DNA of 64,000 bases from Spirochaetia bacterium (GTDB taxonomy: Bacteria; Spirochaetota; Spirochaetia; UBA9216): contig CAXXYH010000004.1 in NCBI GenBank assembly GCA_963677925.2, forward strand, positions 2,080,001-2,144,000, given 5' to 3'. Numbering within the stretch: the stretch's first letter is position 1; each line of letters opens with the position of its first letter. The position numbers and the translations under genes were made by a program. Shown here piece by piece: positions 1-8,258 of the stretch. The notes beneath the pieces were generated by a model. That model worked only from the letters and a program-made list of their open reading frames with translations, was not told the DNA's origin and ran no database searches.

Positions 1-868
1 CCATATAAAGCTGTCCAACTATGGCATTGCCGTTCGCGTCTGTAAGAATCCTCATCATGTCTGTATAATATGGAGCATCCTTTGCTTTCAGATAATATTT
101 TTCGTATACGGAAGTTTCGGCAATATAGGGAGTAACCCATTCAAGCTGTCCTGTTTCCCAGGAGCCGTTTACGTTCAGCAGCCCTGTTTCAAGCGGATAC
201 CTGAGATCAATTGTTGAACCGTCTCCATTGAATACCAGTTCATCATGTCCTGCATGTTTCTGGCCTCCGGCGGCAAGAAGCAGGTAAATACCCTTTACAC
301 CATCCTGAACTGCAGGATTTGATTCGTCAGCTGATTCGACAGGAATTTCCGTTCCAACAACAGTGAAAACTCCTTCTTCAGCATCCAGTGTTGCTCCATC
401 CGCAGTCATTGTGCCGTCTGCCCTGGTTCTGTAGACTGTACCATTGTGGTTTACATAGCCTTTTGCACTGACCGAGGACCCTATGCCTATGTATATTTTA
501 TCAATAGCATTTCCCAGGGGATTTTCAATTATAAGCGGCAGTTTATCTGAAAGGCTTTCAACTGCAAGATCTACTTTGGTTCCTGAGCCTTCAGTAACAT
601 TGTACAGGGTATGCCTGTCATAGCTCATTCCCGGAACAGCCTCCGTATCAAAGAGTGCAATGTAGACATACAGAATTTCAATCTCATACTTTTCAAAGTT
701 TGAGATTACGGTTTCTGTTGCAGTCATGGATCTGACCAGTCTTGCTGATGCTGTCTGTTCGGCGCTCATATCTACTTCATATGTATCAAAGTAGTAGGGG
801 TTAAAAAAGCATCCCGTGAATAAAGTGACCAGACCTGCCGTAAGCAGAACCGCCGTGATTTTTTTCAT
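1..868 (-). CDS. Hypothetical lipoprotein (3' end runs off the window)
   Basis: Not in the ORF track; translated by hand. ATG at 868 with CAGGAG SD upstream; MKKITAVLLTAGLVTLFTG-C lipobox; frame stays open to the window edge. Confidence 0.75.
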   Translation of the reverse strand, partial: MKKITAVLLTAGLVTLFTGCFFNPYYFDTYEVDMSAEQTASARLVRSMTATETVISNFEKYEIEILYVYIALFDTEAVPGMSYDRHTLYNVTEGSGTKVDLAVESLSDKLPLIIENPLGNAIDKIYIGIGSSVSAKGYVNHNGTVYRTRADGTMTADGATLDAEEGVFTVVGTEIPVESADESNPAVQDGVKGIYLLLAAGGQKHAGHDELVFNGDGSTIDLRYPLETGLLNVNGSWETGQLEWVTPYIAETSVYEKYYLKAKDAPYYTDMMRILTDANGNAIVGQLYM

Positions 869-1023
869 AGTTTTCTCCTGATAATTTATATTGTTATTAA
901 ATTCTCGTTTTTCTTATTTAAAAAATCAAATACTTAAATTCTTATATATGAATAAATAACTTTATGATTATCTTAATATTTACCCTATATACATTTCCCT
1001 GATAAATCAGTACATTCACACTG

Positions 1024-2850
1024 ATGAAACATTTAGAGAATAATAACAATATACGCAACATCGCAATTATTGCTCACGTAGACCACGGTAAAACTACTCT
1101 TGTGGATGCGATGTTCAGGCAGAGCGGAACATTTCGCGAAAATCAGGAAACTGCCGACCGACTGATGGACAGAATGGACCTCGAACGTGAACGGGGAATT
1201 ACTATAGCTGCTAAGAACTGCTCAATACACTGGCATGATGTAAAGATAAACATTCTTGATACACCAGGCCACGCCGACTTCGGAGGTGAGGTTGAGCGCG
1301 CAATGTCAATGGTTGACGGAGTAATACTGCTCGTTGATGCCTCCGAGGGCCCGCTTCCGCAAACCCGCTTTGTATTAAGCAAGGCTCTCGCTGCCGGACT
1401 CCGGATTATCGTTGTAATAAACAAGGTTGACAGAGCTGACGCCCGCTGTGCGGAAGTTCTTGATGAAATCTATGAGCTGTTTATCGACCTCGATGCCGAT
1501 GAAGCCCAGCTTGATTTTCCCCTTTATTATGCAAACGGAAAAGCCGGCACTGCCGGTGTCGCTCCTGATAAACAGGATGAAAATCTTCACAGGCTTCTTG
1601 AGGCAATAGTTAATGAGCTTCCGGGCCCGGCCTATGAACCGGATGCTCCTTTCCAGATGCTTGTATCTGATCTCAGCTACAGCGATTACCTTGGAAGACT
1701 TGCTGTCGGTAAGGTTGTAAACGGATCGGTGCACTCCAAGGATTCACTGGTATGTATTGGTATGGAGGGAAAACCAAAGGCTCTTAATGTAACAAAGCTG
1801 CAGGTTTATGAAGGACCGGGGCTTGGCGAGGCTGATTCAGTCGAACCCGGTGAAATTGTTGTCCTCTCGGGAATTGAAGATGTCCACATCGGTGATACGA
1901 TCTGTACTAAAGAAAACCCGAAAGCCTTAAAACGCATAACTGTAGATGAACCTACCGTATCCATGCTTTTTACCGCCAACAATTCCCCGCTTAAGGGCAA
2001 GGAAGGTAAGCATGTACAGAGTAATAAAATTCATGAACGGCTTATCAAAGAAACTTTGAGTAATGTATCGATGAAGGTTGAACAGCTTGAAGGAGGCGAG
2101 GGTTTTCTTGTAAAAGGCCGCGGCGAATTTCAGATGGTAATCCTTATTGAGACTATGAGAAGGGAAGGATTTGAGCTCTGTGTAGGACGTCCGACGGTTA
2201 TCTTTCACTATGAGGATGGCAAAAAGATCGAGCCAATCGAACACCTCTTTGTTGACTGTGAAGAAACCTATACCGGTATTGTTACCGAGAAGCTTTCCCA
2301 GCGCAAGGGCCGCATGACAAACTTTATAAACCACAATAACGGCAGGGCAAGACTGGAATTCTCGGTTCCATCAAGGGCTCTGATCGGCTACCGCGATGAA
2401 TTTTTGACCGATACCCGCGGTACCGGAATAATGAGCTCATACATCAGCGGCTATGAAGAATACCGCGGTGATTTCCCTGAACGCCACACCGGTTCACTTG
2501 TTGCCGACAGAAGCGGAGACTGTGTTCCATATGCACTTTTCAACCTCGAGCCGCGCGGCAATCTCTTTGTTCAGCCGGGCGACAAATCATATGAGGGAAT
2601 GATTATCGGTGAGCATAACAGGGACAACGATCTGGACGTTAACCCTGTTAAAACAAAGAAGCTTTCAAATATGAGGGCTTCCGGAAAGGATGAGGCTGTA
2701 ATACTTACACCGATTATTCCTCTCACAATTGAAAGGGCTATTCAGTACATCAAGGAAGATGAGATGGTTGAAATTACTCCGCTCTCAATCCGCCTTAGAA
2801 AACGAATCCTTTCAGCTCAGGACAGAAAGGTCGACAGAAAGAATAAGTAG
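1024..2850 (+). CDS. typA: Translational GTPase TypA/BipA
   Basis: NIAIIAHVDHGKTT, ERERGITI, DTPGHADFGGEVER, NKVD, GRGEFQM and the BipA C-terminal NMRASGKDE; 608 aa. Confidence 0.97.
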   Translation: MKHLENNNNIRNIAIIAHVDHGKTTLVDAMFRQSGTFRENQETADRLMDRMDLERERGITIAAKNCSIHWHDVKINILDTPGHADFGGEVERAMSMVDGVILLVDASEGPLPQTRFVLSKALAAGLRIIVVINKVDRADARCAEVLDEIYELFIDLDADEAQLDFPLYYANGKAGTAGVAPDKQDENLHRLLEAIVNELPGPAYEPDAPFQMLVSDLSYSDYLGRLAVGKVVNGSVHSKDSLVCIGMEGKPKALNVTKLQVYEGPGLGEADSVEPGEIVVLSGIEDVHIGDTICTKENPKALKRITVDEPTVSMLFTANNSPLKGKEGKHVQSNKIHERLIKETLSNVSMKVEQLEGGEGFLVKGRGEFQMVILIETMRREGFELCVGRPTVIFHYEDGKKIEPIEHLFVDCEETYTGIVTEKLSQRKGRMTNFINHNNGRARLEFSVPSRALIGYRDEFLTDTRGTGIMSSYISGYEEYRGDFPERHTGSLVADRSGDCVPYALFNLEPRGNLFVQPGDKSYEGMIIGEHNRDNDLDVNPVKTKKLSNMRASGKDEAVILTPIIPLTIERAIQYIKEDEMVEITPLSIRLRKRILSAQDRKVDRKNK

Positions 2851-2886
2851 AAAACCGTGTTCAAAACGGATATTTCAAATATTTTT

Positions 2887-2920
2887 AAAAAAAGCAGCTG
2901 AATTATCAGCTGCTTTTTTT
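2887..2920 (+). terminator. Intrinsic terminator after typA (bidirectional)
   Basis: A-tract, GCAGCTG-aattat-CAGCTGC hairpin, T-tract. Confidence 0.85.
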
Positions 2921-3036
2921 ATGCACTGAAATTCTATTCTGTTTATGTCAACACAGATATTAAAATAATAGAATTTTAATCAGAAATTAACTGTAAAATT
3001 AAAATCCCGATCACTATAATTAAATGACATAGTAGA

Positions 3037-3498
3037 ATGAGTACTTTAAAACGTCTGAAGATGGCACTTAAAACTTATATCAGCTCTTTTAGGCGGGTCT
3101 TAAAAAAAAGACCGCATTCGGGCCTCTCATTGCATTCTGAGGTTCTAAATGAGTATAAAAAATCTGAATCTGAAAGAATCAGGCTGCTTTCAAAGCAAAG
3201 GGCTATGGAAAGCCGTCTGCTTGAACTTCAGGAGCGGTTAGAGGAATGGCAAAAAATAAAAGATGCTGCAGAGCTCTCCGGAAATAAATCACTTTCGCAA
3301 AGCAGTATTCAGAAGCTCAAAATTCACAGTCTGGAACTGAATGAATGCAGGCTGTCGATTGATGAAAATCTTAATCTGATTGATGAAGCCGACAGCCGCC
3401 TATCTGATTTGAAAAATGAACTTCAGAATATTCATGGCAGCCGCTTTTCAGATGCTGAAATTTTATTTGACAGGAAATTACAGGAAGAAGACCGATAA
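3037..3498 (+). CDS. Short, divergent PspA/IM30-like coiled-coil protein
   Basis: Amphipathic N-terminal helix MSTLKRLKMALKTYISSF; EEWQKIKDAAELSGNKSLSQSSI aligns by eye with the PspA EWQEKAELAL..REDLARAAL hairpin; 153 aa, all helical. Confidence 0.6.
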   Translation: MSTLKRLKMALKTYISSFRRVLKKRPHSGLSLHSEVLNEYKKSESERIRLLSKQRAMESRLLELQERLEEWQKIKDAAELSGNKSLSQSSIQKLKIHSLELNECRLSIDENLNLIDEADSRLSDLKNELQNIHGSRFSDAEILFDRKLQEEDR

Positions 3499-3539
3499 TC
3501 TTAACTGTTATTAATTATGAAATATAAGGAGAAAAACTA

Positions 3540-4730
3540 ATGGGTGTATGGGATGCCATTAAAAAAGAAATCTTTATAGACATCATTGAATGGATCGAAA
3601 ATGATGACTCCACTCTTGCCTTCAGGTATGACAGAAAAGGAAATGATATCAGAAACGGTGCCTCTCTTACTGTACGTGAGGGGCAGACCGCTGTTTTTAT
3701 TAATGAAGGTCAGCTTGCAGATATATTTACTCCCGGTATGTATGAACTCACTACTGAGAACCTTCCCGTACTTTCCAGACTGAAAGGCTGGAAATACGGC
3801 TTCAAATCACCGTTCAAGGCTGAGGTTTATTTCATTTCAACCAGGATTGTGACCGGCTTTCACTGGGGAACACCGGCGCCTTTTATGATCCGTGATCCTG
3901 AGTTCGGCGTATTAAAATTGCGGGCAAGGGGCCATTTCTCAATTCATGTGGTTGATGCCGGCAAATTTATAAAGAATGTCGTTGGTACTGACGGAGAATT
4001 TACAAGAGATGAAATCAAGGATCGGTTGCGGAAGAAATTTATTACAGAAGCCCAGTCCGCTATTGCAGAGCTTCGCAAACCATTTTACGAAATGGCTGCA
4101 CAGCTGGATGATCTTTCCTTTTCAATTAAAGACCGGATAAATCTGGTTTTCATAGAGCAGTACGGGCTTAGTCTTGATGATACCTCCGTTCAGAGCATTG
4201 AACTTGATGAAGCCAGCATGGCCAAGGTTGAGCAGCGTGATGAGATGTTTTTTACTGACAGCCGTATCGGTAATTATGAACGTCAGGCCAGGGCTGATGC
4301 TATGAAGATACTTGCCGGAAACCCGGGGGCAGGCGGGCTTGCCGCCGGCGGAATGGGGCTCGGTATGGGACTCGCGGCGGCAAATCAGTTTGCAGGCGGC
4401 GGAAACTATGGAATGAATCCGGCAATGGGTATGGGGAACCCTGCTATGATGGGAATGGCTGCAGGTGCAGGAGCCGCTATGGGACAGCAGGCTGCACCGC
4501 CGCCTCCGCCGATGCCTGCTTCTTTTTATATAGCAGTTAACGGCGCTCAGCAGGGACCTTTCTCGTTACAGCAGCTTTCAGGTCTTGCAGGTCAGGGACA
4601 GTTTTCGGCAGAGACCATGGTCTGGAAGCAGGGGATGGCTTCCTGGAGCCCTGCCTCATCGGTTCCCGAATTAAGCGGACTTTTTCAAAGCGGTCCCTCG
4701 AATGTTCCGCCGCCTCCTCCGGCAGGCTGA
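3540..4730 (+). CDS. SPFH/Band-7 (YdjI-like) protein with C-terminal GYF_2/DUF4339 domain
   Basis: IDIIEW..LTVREGQTAVFINEG..PFKAEVYF..WGTPAP..RDPEFG; Gly/Met-rich linker; PPPPP; FYIAVNGAQQGPF..VWKQGMASW; AAGGAG SD. Confidence 0.9.
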   Translation: MGVWDAIKKEIFIDIIEWIENDDSTLAFRYDRKGNDIRNGASLTVREGQTAVFINEGQLADIFTPGMYELTTENLPVLSRLKGWKYGFKSPFKAEVYFISTRIVTGFHWGTPAPFMIRDPEFGVLKLRARGHFSIHVVDAGKFIKNVVGTDGEFTRDEIKDRLRKKFITEAQSAIAELRKPFYEMAAQLDDLSFSIKDRINLVFIEQYGLSLDDTSVQSIELDEASMAKVEQRDEMFFTDSRIGNYERQARADAMKILAGNPGAGGLAAGGMGLGMGLAAANQFAGGGNYGMNPAMGMGNPAMMGMAAGAGAAMGQQAAPPPPPMPASFYIAVNGAQQGPFSLQQLSGLAGQGQFSAETMVWKQGMASWSPASSVPELSGLFQSGPSNVPPPPPAG

Positions 4731-4790
4731 GTCTGCCGGATGGTATAAATGGGGCTGCTGGCAAAATGTATGGATATAAGGAGAAAACTA

Positions 4791-5609
4791 ATGGCTGAAG
4801 AAGCTATCGGAATGACTGAACCCGAGGCTGGACTCATTCTTACGGCTGTAATATCACTTGCAGATGATAATCCGTCGGATGAAGAAGTCATTGTCCTCAG
4901 AAAGTTTTATAAATCTGAAACTGTTGATTCACTGGAGAAGAAAATAAATGAAGCAGGGCTGAAATACCCTGAGAATCTTATGGAATTGGAAATAGAAGCA
5001 TTGAATGTTCTTGCTGATGCTGAATCTGCGTTTATTAAACGTACGCTGGCTGTCTGCCTCAGAGTGGCCGAAGCTGACGGAACAGTGGATCAGGATGAGT
5101 TTAATCTTCTGAACAAATATTGTGATCGTTTTGATTTAACGGTTTATGAACTTGAACAGTACTCAAAAAAGAAACTGAAGGAGCTTGATGAAACCCGCGG
5201 ATATACGGATACAGAAGACCTTTCCGAATCGGAAATTCCCCTGAATATAGAGCTGTCGCAGGGTGAAGCCGGTATTGCGCTTGCTACCTGGCTGGCCTTT
5301 TCAGATGATAATCCGAGTGATGAGGAGATGTCTGTGATTCGGGAATATTTTACTGAGACTGATGTTGAAGGGCTTGTGAATAAAATTGAGAGCTTCAATG
5401 CAGTTTTTCCGGATGCGGTTCCGCGCCTGGAAGAATCCGTGAAAAAGGCATTTAAAAAGCTGTCCCGAGATGAACAGCTTAAAATGCTTTCTATTGCCTA
5501 CCGTACCGCTTACGCGGACGGTGTGTTAGCTCCGGAGGAACACCAAATTTTATCAGGATTCTGTGAGGAATTTGTTATAGGTGAGGGTGAGCTTCGAAAC
5601 TATTTTTAA
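4791..5609 (+). CDS. Tandem TerB-family (tellurite-resistance-like) domain protein
   Basis: Two internal repeats: EAG..(A/S)DDNPSDEE and A(E/Y)ADG..E..(L/I)L. Start moved to ATG 4791, which follows an AAGGAG SD. Confidence 0.75.
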   Translation: MAEEAIGMTEPEAGLILTAVISLADDNPSDEEVIVLRKFYKSETVDSLEKKINEAGLKYPENLMELEIEALNVLADAESAFIKRTLAVCLRVAEADGTVDQDEFNLLNKYCDRFDLTVYELEQYSKKKLKELDETRGYTDTEDLSESEIPLNIELSQGEAGIALATWLAFSDDNPSDEEMSVIREYFTETDVEGLVNKIESFNAVFPDAVPRLEESVKKAFKKLSRDEQLKMLSIAYRTAYADGVLAPEEHQILSGFCEEFVIGEGELRNYF

Positions 5610-5630
5610 CTAATTAATCAGGAGAAAAAA

Positions 5631-6626
5631 TTGGCAATTCGTGAAGGAAAATGGAAATGTGAATTCTGCAGTGCGGAAAATCTGGGGCGGGACATGAAAT
5701 GCAGCTCCTGCGGTGCCGTGCGCGGCGAGAATGTTGAATTCTATCTCGATGATGAGGCTGCTGAAGTAACTGATGAAAATCTTGTTAATATGGCTGAGGC
5801 AGGAGCCGACTGGCACTGTGACTACTGCGGTACTGATAACCGTGCCGGAGTCAACAGCTGCCGGCAATGCGGAGCACCCAGAGAGGGAATGAAATCCCGT
5901 GAAGAGTCGGTTACAGGCGGGGGAAACCATCCTGCACAGCAGAACAGCAGATCGGATTCCTCCAGAGGTACATCAGATGGTCCAGTGAAGAAAAAAGCGC
6001 CGGTCGCAGTCATAGCGGCAGTTATCCTTGTTCTTATCATTGGAATAGCCGCATTTTTTATTTTTGGCGGACGGGAAGACGTCCTGGTTCTCGACGGCGG
6101 TGAATGGACACGAACCATAGGTGTTGAGAGACAGGAATGGGTTGAGTATACAGCATGGCAGGATGATGTTCCTTCTGGTGCTAGTGTTATGGAAAGATGG
6201 CGTGAACAGCGCGGAACTGAAAAGGTTCAGATAGGCACAGAGAAAGTTAAAGTCGGAACCAAGGATAAGGGAAACGGTTTTTTTGAAGATGTCTATGAAG
6301 AAAAGCCTGTATACAGGGAAGATCCCGTATATGATATTAAAGTACGGTATGAAGTTATAGAATGGAAGCAGTACCGTTCCGTGGAAGCCTCCGGAAGTTT
6401 AAGTGAAAAAGCTCAATGGCCCGATCCGGAACTTACATACAGTGACAGGGAGGGTCACAGGTATGAGCAGGCAGTTCTGTATTTTCACAGCACCGATTCT
6501 GAACAGGAAGGTAAAGTTTTTACCTATGATAAGCTGACCGCCGATGAAATGTCAGAATTTGCTGCAGGCGGGGAGTATCATGCCGAGGTTTTCGGAACAA
6601 CAGTGCGAAAATTTATTGAAGAATAG
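5631..6626 (+). CDS. Membrane protein with two RanBP2/NZF-type zinc fingers, one TM helix and an extracytoplasmic domain
   Basis: WKCEFCSAENLGRDMKCSSC and WHCDYCGTDNRAGVNSCRQC both fit W-x-C-x2-C-x3-N-x6-C-x2-C; TM VAVIAAVILVLIIGIAAFFIF; TTG start after CAGGAG. Confidence 0.85.
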   Translation: MAIREGKWKCEFCSAENLGRDMKCSSCGAVRGENVEFYLDDEAAEVTDENLVNMAEAGADWHCDYCGTDNRAGVNSCRQCGAPREGMKSREESVTGGGNHPAQQNSRSDSSRGTSDGPVKKKAPVAVIAAVILVLIIGIAAFFIFGGREDVLVLDGGEWTRTIGVERQEWVEYTAWQDDVPSGASVMERWREQRGTEKVQIGTEKVKVGTKDKGNGFFEDVYEEKPVYREDPVYDIKVRYEVIEWKQYRSVEASGSLSEKAQWPDPELTYSDREGHRYEQAVLYFHSTDSEQEGKVFTYDKLTADEMSEFAAGGEYHAEVFGTTVRKFIEE

Positions 6627-6646
6627 AATTCAGCCGGTCCGGGATG

Positions 6647-6677
6647 AAAAAAAGGGAGCAGCTGTTAAGCTGCCCCC
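6647..6677 (-). terminator. Intrinsic terminator of the RRM gene
   Basis: GGGAGCAGCT-gtta-AGCTGCCCC hairpin preceded by A7 (a U-tract on the minus strand). Confidence 0.7.
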
Positions 6678-6700
6678 GTCAAACGCAAATATCTGAATAA

Positions 6701-6973
6701 CTAGAATCTTGGTCCCGGTCTTCTTTCGCGTTCTCTAGCCTCATTAACTCTGAGATTTCTGCCTTTGAAATCCTGGTCATTAAGCATAGAAACAGCAGCA
6801 GTTGCTGCGTCGTCATCGCTCATTTCTACGAAACCGAAACCACGGGGTCTGTTTGTTTCTCTGTCCATGATAAGTTTTACGGATGATACATCACCGTACT
6901 GTGCGAAGAGTTCCTGAAGATCCTCTTCCGTTGTTGTGTAATTGAGATTACCAACATAGATTGTCTTTGCCAT
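6701..6973 (-). CDS. RRM RNA-binding protein
   Basis: RNP2 IYVGNL and RNP1 RGFGFVEM; 90 aa. Confidence 0.95.
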   Translation of the reverse strand: MAKTIYVGNLNYTTTEEDLQELFAQYGDVSSVKLIMDRETNRPRGFGFVEMSDDDAATAAVSMLNDQDFKGRNLRVNEARERERRPGPRF

Positions 6974-7321
6974 TTAAATCCTCTGAAATTTTTTTAATCA
7001 CATTCCGTTTAATTTAGATTTTGTTACTTGAAATAAATTGAAAGATTAGATGTCAGGTCTGAAAACAATATAAGACAAGAAAAATAATAAATAATACAGA
7101 ACAGATTTTACTTTAACAGCTTAAGATAAATTACCGCTGTAGTCAAGTTCAAATTTAATTAAACAAATAATTTGGAATTTCAGGAAAAATGGATTACAAT
7201 ATAGTTAACTGATACTTAACTGACGTAATGATTTTGTTTAGTAATGATGTCATCCAAAATCATCATTACCGGAAACACAGCAAGTACCCTGCTGTGACAC
7301 CCTGCTTGGAAAGGTTATGCT

Positions 7322-7999
7322 TTGATAGTCAGAGACAGAAGGGTCCGGATAATCTCCGGATTCTACGGAAGCGGAAAAACCGAGTTTTCAGTCAATTACG
7401 CTGTAAAACTGGTGAATATGAACAGGAATCCTGTTCTTGCAGATATTGATATTCTCAATCCCTATTTCAGAAGCAGGGAACGTGAATCTGAATTAAGTCA
7501 GCTTGGTGTCAGAGTTATTGCAGGATCTGTCAATGCCCCCGCAGTCGACGTCCCGGCAGTATCTTCCGGGGTTTACAGCATCTTTGACGGAGATGAAGAT
7601 GCTGTAATCGATGTAGGAGGAGACCGTGCGGGGGCTGAGGTCCTTTCGCTTTTTTCCGATCGTTTTAATAATCCTGATGATTATGATTTATTCTTTCTCA
7701 TAAATGCAAACAGGCCGCAGACTGCAAATCCTGCCGCAGTAATAGACTGCCTTCGCGGAATCGAATCCGCATGCGGGCTTCCGGTTACCGGCCTGATAAA
7801 CAATACTCATATGCTTAAATCTACACAGGTACGCGACATACTAAAAGGTTATGATCTTGCGGTTGAGGTTTCACGAAAAACCGGTATACCGCTTAGATAT
7901 AATTCAGGACTAAGGGAGTTTGAACTGGAAATCCCTGACGGTCTGGAAGGGGAGTTTTTCCCGGTTGATTTATACATGAGGGAAGCCTGGATGTCCTGA
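7322..7999 (+). CDS. Uncharacterised P-loop NTPase heading the 2-oxoacid oxidoreductase operon
   Basis: GFYGSGKT Walker A, LADIDILNPYFRSRE, DVGGD; TTG start after GAAAGG. Confidence 0.8.
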   Translation: MIVRDRRVRIISGFYGSGKTEFSVNYAVKLVNMNRNPVLADIDILNPYFRSRERESELSQLGVRVIAGSVNAPAVDVPAVSSGVYSIFDGDEDAVIDVGGDRAGAEVLSLFSDRFNNPDDYDLFFLINANRPQTANPAAVIDCLRGIESACGLPVTGLINNTHMLKSTQVRDILKGYDLAVEVSRKTGIPLRYNSGLREFELEIPDGLEGEFFPVDLYMREAWMS

Positions 8000-8036
8000 T
8001 CATCCTGCTTCCTTCGCACAGAATAAAGGAGGGGCT

Positions 8037-8252
8037 ATGGCAAATGGAAAGGTTACTTTTAATTATGACAGCTGTAAGGGCTGCGGATTATGCATAAGTG
8101 TATGTCCGAAGAAGATAATTTTTCTGGATAGCAAGAGAATTAATTCAAAGGGGTATAACCCTGCTACAGTGGAAAAGATGGAGGAATGTATCGGCTGTGC
8201 AAACTGCGCAATGATGTGTCCTGATCTTGTTATCACTGTTGAGAAGTTTTAG
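8037..8252 (+). CDS. 2x[4Fe-4S] ferredoxin, delta subunit of 2-oxoacid:ferredoxin oxidoreductase
   Basis: CKGCGLCISVCP and CIGCANCAMMCP. Confidence 0.92.
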   Translation: MANGKVTFNYDSCKGCGLCISVCPKKIIFLDSKRINSKGYNPATVEKMEECIGCANCAMMCPDLVITVEKF

Positions 8253-8258
8253 GAGGGG

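Noticed and set aside
2921-3036. Sigma54/PspF-type control of the pspA-like gene
   Set aside because: No GG-N10-GC in the intergenic region; only a TATAAT at 3015-3020.
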